The position numbers were made by a program, and so were the translations under genes. Below, piece after piece: positions 63,865 through 64,000 of a stretch of 64,000 nucleotides of DNA (position 1 is its first letter; every line of letters begins with the position of its first letter). Origin of the DNA: Mobula hypostoma. Taxonomy: Eukaryota. The stretch covers positions 23,374,001-23,438,000 of the forward strand of contig NC_086106.1 in assembly GCF_963921235.1 (NCBI RefSeq), in the 5' to 3' direction. Under the pieces are notes generated by a model. The model did no database searches, had not been told where the DNA came from, and worked only from the letters and a program-made list of their open reading frames with translations.

Positions 63865-63910
63865 ATGTTTGCCCTATATTTGTTTATTACTGCAGCAGCT
63901 CTTCTGATCG
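63865..63910 (+). CDS. Signal-peptide (leader) exon of a further gene segment, probably the next V; the rest lies beyond the window or is uncertain
   Basis: ATG..MFALYLFITAAALLI-G, 46 nt, phase 1, consensus GTAAGT donor at 63911. The upstream cacagcgaacacagacATG resembles cacagcagacaacATG of V1-V3. Confidence 0.72.
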
Positions 63911-64000
63911 GTAAGTTTTTTTTCCCAAACATTATCGACATCGGTAAGTTTCTCTGACAGTGCAGAACAGAATAATTTATCAGAATACCAGTAAAACAAT

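Noticed and set aside
1-64000. D, J or C segments, tRNA, rRNA, or prokaryotic systems
   Set aside because: I found no FGxG J motif with RSS, no C-domain exon and no RNA-gene signatures by eye; the window is a eukaryotic V array.

Overview
This is eukaryotic, repeat-rich, AT-rich DNA. The CR1, Penelope, Rex1 and Gypsy content points to a cartilaginous fish, probably a ray or skate (inference). The window lies in an unrearranged T-cell-receptor alpha/delta-type variable (V) segment array. There are four + strand V segments of one family, each with a leader exon, an 85-87 nt intron, a V exon and a 23-spacer RSS: V1 4914-5353 (leader frameshifted), V2 15519-15959 (intact), V3 21667-22107 (stop at the conserved Trp) and V4 36168-36610 (old, decayed). 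The leader exon of a fifth segment sits at the right edge (63865-63910). V1-V3 lie in three recent segmental duplicates (about 155-10364, 10364-16500 and 18625-26723), with one breakpoint mappable to a single base inside a Penelope element. The rest is mostly nested, decayed retroelements, two solo LTRs and several older paralogous blocks. There are no prokaryotic features, CRISPR arrays or RNA genes. The most interesting signals are: a family-wide extra cysteine (C-x-x-R-F) with loss of the Y-x-C tyrosine; non-canonical CAC(A/T)TTA heptamers; a cryptic 12-RSS upstream of V3; and an unidentified decayed minus-strand coding sequence interleaved with the V genes. All alignments and translations were done by eye, so TE boundaries are approximate unless a TSD is cited.
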